64,000 bases of DNA from Eledone cirrhosa. Its lineage: Eukaryota. The position numbers were made by a program, and so were the translations under genes. Where the stretch lies: NCBI GenBank assembly GCA_964016885.1, contig OZ024741.1, forward strand, positions 340,814,001-340,878,000, given 5' to 3'. Each line of letters starts with the position of its first letter. The stretch's first letter is position 1. Below, in pieces: positions 59,215 through 64,000 of this stretch. The notes under the pieces were generated by a model that saw only the letters and a list, made by a program, of their open reading frames with translations, was not told where the DNA came from and searched no databases.

Positions 59215-60399
59215 GTATAATATTCGCTAACTTTTGTGTTTATTTTCTATATATACACACTTGTGTAGTAGTTACTCCCTAAGTGTTATATATACATATA
59301 ACATGAAAGTATATATAAATGTATGTATAATGATATATTCATAGCCGGCGAGTGTGCGCACACACATACATATTTATATTTACATGCATTGCTACAGAGG
59401 CGCGCCCACATAAACCGCCTTCTCCCAACACTGCCACATTTTCCCTCTCCCACCACACACGCACACGCTTTCTGTTTCTCTCTCTTTTCTCCCTCGCCCT
59501 GTCCTAGACACCCGCTCACACATGTAAACAGAAGCCGACTATGAGAGACACTTACGTGGTACACGATACTTATGTATAGAAAACAAAATTTCATGAATGG
59601 ATGTGAGGTGTTTCATGACAATACTTATGTTTTGCTGTAGTTGTCAGTCTGGGAGGAATGATACATTTACCATATTAAAGACTTTTCACTCCCGTCTGGA
59701 TCACTGATACATGTATTATTTTACCTAGGCGCTAACCCGTAAGTAAAACATTCGTTCATATTTTTAAAAAATCTTAAATCCAGACTTTTCTGTCCCAGAC
59801 AAGAGGTGGCGACAGGCGTCTTTAAGGCCACATGTGGCCACAAGAAAAGTTAAGTGAGGCCTTCTGAAACACTGAATGAAACCTTCTGAAAGACTGAATG
59901 AGGCCTTCTGAAAGATTAAGCGTAGCCTTTTGAATGAGGCACAACGTTCGAAAGTATATTGGGCTATATTTTTGCTGTTTTCATTTATATTTGAAGTCTG
60001 TCTTTTCAACTAATTATGACTCGTAGAAAAATTCACATCATGTTTTTTTTATTTATATATGTAACTAGATTTCGTAAAATATTTAAGGGTTAGCGACAAT
60101 ATTTTTTTTTAATGTAGCCAAATTGTATGTCATGAAAGGGTTTCACGACTAGGTTTTCCACCTATATATATAAGTGTGTGTGTATACACATGTATACCTA
60201 TACACACACACATATCTGTGTGTATATATATATATATATATATTGTAGGTTCACCCGGGTGAGCACTCGATGTTTAGGTTCACCTGTGTCGAGGTGTAGA
60301 GCTAGACAGAGTGCAGTATAATAAAATAAAGTAAGGACGAGTGGTTACTCCTTCATTACGTTTATATATATATATATATAAATGTATGTATACATACAT

Positions 60400-60436
<37 letters not shown>

Positions 60437-60592
60437 GGTATATATATATATATACATATATGTATATGTGTGTAATATGTATGTACGTATACATATTATA
60501 TATATACATAAATATATATTCTACCCAAACTTTTTACATTCTACCCACTAGTGTTGAGTGCTCCTGTTAATGTTTCAATATTTTGAATACTA

Positions 60593-60626
<34 letters not shown>

Positions 60627-60667
60627 GTATATATATACATATAAACACACACTTATATACACACCAG

Positions 60668-60828
60668 CGGACACCATGCTTTGAAGCATAGAGTTACGTC
60701 CCTTTATGATCTGAGTTCAAATCCCGCCGAGGTTAACTTTGCCATTCATCCTTACGGGGTCGATAAAATAAAGTACCAATAATGTACTGGGTAATTGCTG
60801 GCCTTGTGCCTAAAATAGAAACAATTAT
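60668..60828 (+). mobile_element. tRNA-derived SINE, short form
   Basis: Family consensus. Confidence 0.85.
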
Positions 60829-61009
60829 TTACCAAACGTGATGTATATTGGAAATATATAAATATGTGTTTATCATATTATATAAACACTAACACGTTCA
60901 AGTAAATTTGCAAGACTATTTACTAAACGTGATATATATATTGGAAAACTCAAATTTTTAGTTCTGGAAGTATGTGTGTGCGTTTGTGTATATATATATA
61001 TTATATATA

Positions 61010-61166
61010 AGTAGAAGGGGTATTTAATTTGTTGGAAGTCCGACAAATATAAAAGTTTATAACTGATTTAGAGCACTCAACAGTTTAGTGGGGTAAATAT
61101 TCAATGATATTAAATAAATGGAAACTGGTTTTATAAATATAGTTTCCATTTATTTAATATCATTGT
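61010..61166. mobile_element. Ultra-short fold-back of the 48450 pLTR family
   Basis: The tail agtagaaggg..tttgttgg..gagcactcaac is followed by caatgatattaaataaatggaaact / agtttccatttatttaatatcattg. Confidence 0.75.
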
Positions 61167-61170
61167 ATAT

Positions 61171-61261
<91 letters not shown>

Positions 61262-61463
61262 TCATCGTTTAGCGTCCATCTTCCATGCTAGCATGGGTTA
61301 TATATTTATATGTGTGTGTATGTATTCAAGTGTGTTTACAAATATGTGCATAGAATTTGCTTGTATACAACTGCATGTGTAAACATTTTATGTATCTAAC
61401 AACTGGTGAATGTATAGGTGTGCGTTAGTAATGCATGTAAATAAACATACACACACACACATG

Positions 61464-61608
<145 letters not shown>

Positions 61609-61791
61609 CTGAGGAAGATGGTGTGATAGATCAGGGATTTCTAGACGTGTGTAAGATTACGTCTATCCATTCAATATAAAAGTATCTACGCCTCTTACTT
61701 CGTTACCAATCTGATAACTATAGCACCACTACCTGCTAGTCAATATATCAATCTACCAATCTGAAACGATGGTAAAACAATGAACTAATTA

Positions 61792-61848
<57 letters not shown>

Positions 61849-62156
61849 ACACAAGGAAGTCTTTTGAATTACATGTGTTGAGAAACCACTTATATATATA
61901 TATATAGAGAGAGAGGTATATTATATTATATTATATATATATATTATATAAATATATATGTATGTGTGTGTGTGTATGTACGTATATGTGTGTGTGTGTG
62001 CGTGTGTGCGTGTATCTGTGGCGTTCGATACTTCAATTGTGATGACTGGGCTTTATTTTCCACGTCTCACCCACAGTTATCACGCTATTCAGAAATCCAG
62101 GATTGTTGCTCCAGATGTTCCGTCATCGCGGGCGAAATGTAAACATATATACAGCA

Positions 62157-62224
<68 letters not shown>

Positions 62225-62502
62225 GTTGCCTGACAGTGACTGACGCATTCAGAAAGCTTGCCAAATACCACACGTGCACAGGAATGTATGCGGCTCCACC
62301 CAGCACGCATTTGTCTCTCTGATACCATAACTTTCCATGGCAAACCAAAAATAAAGGCGGATACTTTTCTGATAAACCTCGTATAACTAACTATAGAGTA
62401 AACAACAAGGCTGGGGATAAGGAGGAGTTAGTTGTTCGTAGAAAACAGTTATATATTATTTCACAAAATAGAAGTAATTAGTGCACTTATTATTAATTAG
62501 AA

Positions 62503-62720
62503 GCGGTGGATTGACAGTATCGGTAGAGCATCGGACAACATGCTTTGTAGCATAGAGTTACGGCTCTTTACAATCTGAGTTCAAGTTCTGCCGGAGTTAA
62601 CTTTGCCTTTCATCCTTACGGGGTCGATAAAATAAAGTACCGGCAATGCACTGGGGTCGATTTAATCGACTTTCCCTGACCCCAAAATTGTTGGACTTGT
62701 GCCTCAATCAGAAACCCTTA
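62503..62720 (+). mobile_element. tRNA-derived SINE, long form
   Basis: Family consensus including ggtcgatttaatcgac. Confidence 0.85.
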
Positions 62721-64000
62721 TTAATTAGAAACATGGAGTAACTAATGCCAGGTAATTCAGAAGTTAATGATGGCTAAAATCTATGCGATCTTATTGCTCC
62801 AAAACTGATACTACAAGGTAGTCTAACAATTTCACCAATCCCTCCCTCTGAACTTGTTCTTTAATTATTGACCTCGAAAGATTGGAAGGCAACGTGGACT
62901 TTGGAAGGATTTGAACTCAGGATGCAGGGAACATGGGGCTTGTATGAGGTAGGGCTCGGCAGAAGTGCTACTAAGTAGAAGTGTAAGGTATCGGACTAAA
63001 AAAACTGGTAGAGACCCTTTAAGTAAGAGACCAGAAGGACTTACTGCAACTTGAGAGGCAGGTGAGCTTGTAGAATGAGTGATGTTTGACATCATTTGTC
63101 ATAATGATTGTCAGATGTTGTAATGTTGATGGTTGTAGTTATTATGCAGGCATTGTTGTGGTGGTGGAATAAGGAAATGTTAGTGGTTGTCATGCAGGTA
63201 TTGTGATGGTAATATGGTGGGGGAAGTGGGTGGTTATCATATGGTATTGTGGTGGTAGTGGTCGTGGGGGGAAAGTTAGTGGTTATCATACAGGTATTGT
63301 AGTGGTGGTGGGGCCTACTAGATGAATGACTCTCCATACGAAAGTATAAATCAGTGTCACCATTTAAAAATCAATATGTAATATACTATCGAATTCACAA
63401 GGTACAAATACAGATTTGGTTTAAACTGTTGAAGTCATGCTGTACACCCTCGATGTTATTAATTCTAAATGTTTCCTACTATGGTCTTTGCTGACATTTT
63501 TATTGTATTTTTAAAGTATATCAAACTTCAAAATGTAAAATCTTAAGGAACTGTTTCCATCATGTAAACTCATAAAATACACCTGAATTTTTCTAAGAAT
63601 ACAAAACAATTGTATTTTGTAATTTACCTACAAAACTTATTTTTATTCACCCTACTGTAAATAAAAGCTGTAAATGCAAAACAATGACAGTAAAACGTCA
63701 ATGATGAAAATGGCAACGGTGAATAGTACCCAACCCCTCACCATGTGTTGTAGACATTGTATTTTGCTTGTACTGCTGTAGAACTACTAGGAGAAAATCA
63801 CCTGAGAGGTTTAGGGGCGTATCATTTTTGGCTGTGTGAGGAAGGTGAAAGGTGGATGCGATCAACCATTTGTTTCGTTACTTCAAATGGAGTTGAAGTA
63901 AAGAACATTTGCTGCCAGGGATAGTCGGCATAAAACTCACAGGAATTCGACTAATGCCGACCACTTTACAGTGTGTACTGGATGCATGTTATCGAGTCAC

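Overview
AT-rich eukaryotic DNA made almost entirely of microsatellites and transposable elements. No host gene can be called with confidence, and the SINE family and TA/CA/TATG load suggest an octopus-like cephalopod (inference). The main signal is a dense set of Penelope-like retroelements (PLEs, RT + GIY-YIG) inserted in (TA)n tracts. It includes a young 5'-truncated copy with an uninterrupted ~660-codon ORF (19137-21900) and its older relative, two near-full-length Naiad-like elements, and GIY-YIG fragments. There are also many ORF-less fold-back pLTR palindromes. By eye I find about 15 type I hammerhead ribozyme motifs from roughly 8 pLTR families, three with greatly extended stem II. Also present: a full-length IR/DR Tc1 (DD34E), mariner remnants and MITEs, a Chapaev3-like relic, RTE and R4/Dong-like LINE pieces, a bipartite RTE-like element with a C2H2 finger array, about 12 tRNA-derived SINE copies, an unclassified element with two convergent tRNA-like cassettes, and a 2.6-kb (TA)n array with a strand-polarity switch. 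Most ORF-track entries are microsatellite translations. Folds and family names come from manual reading, not database searches.
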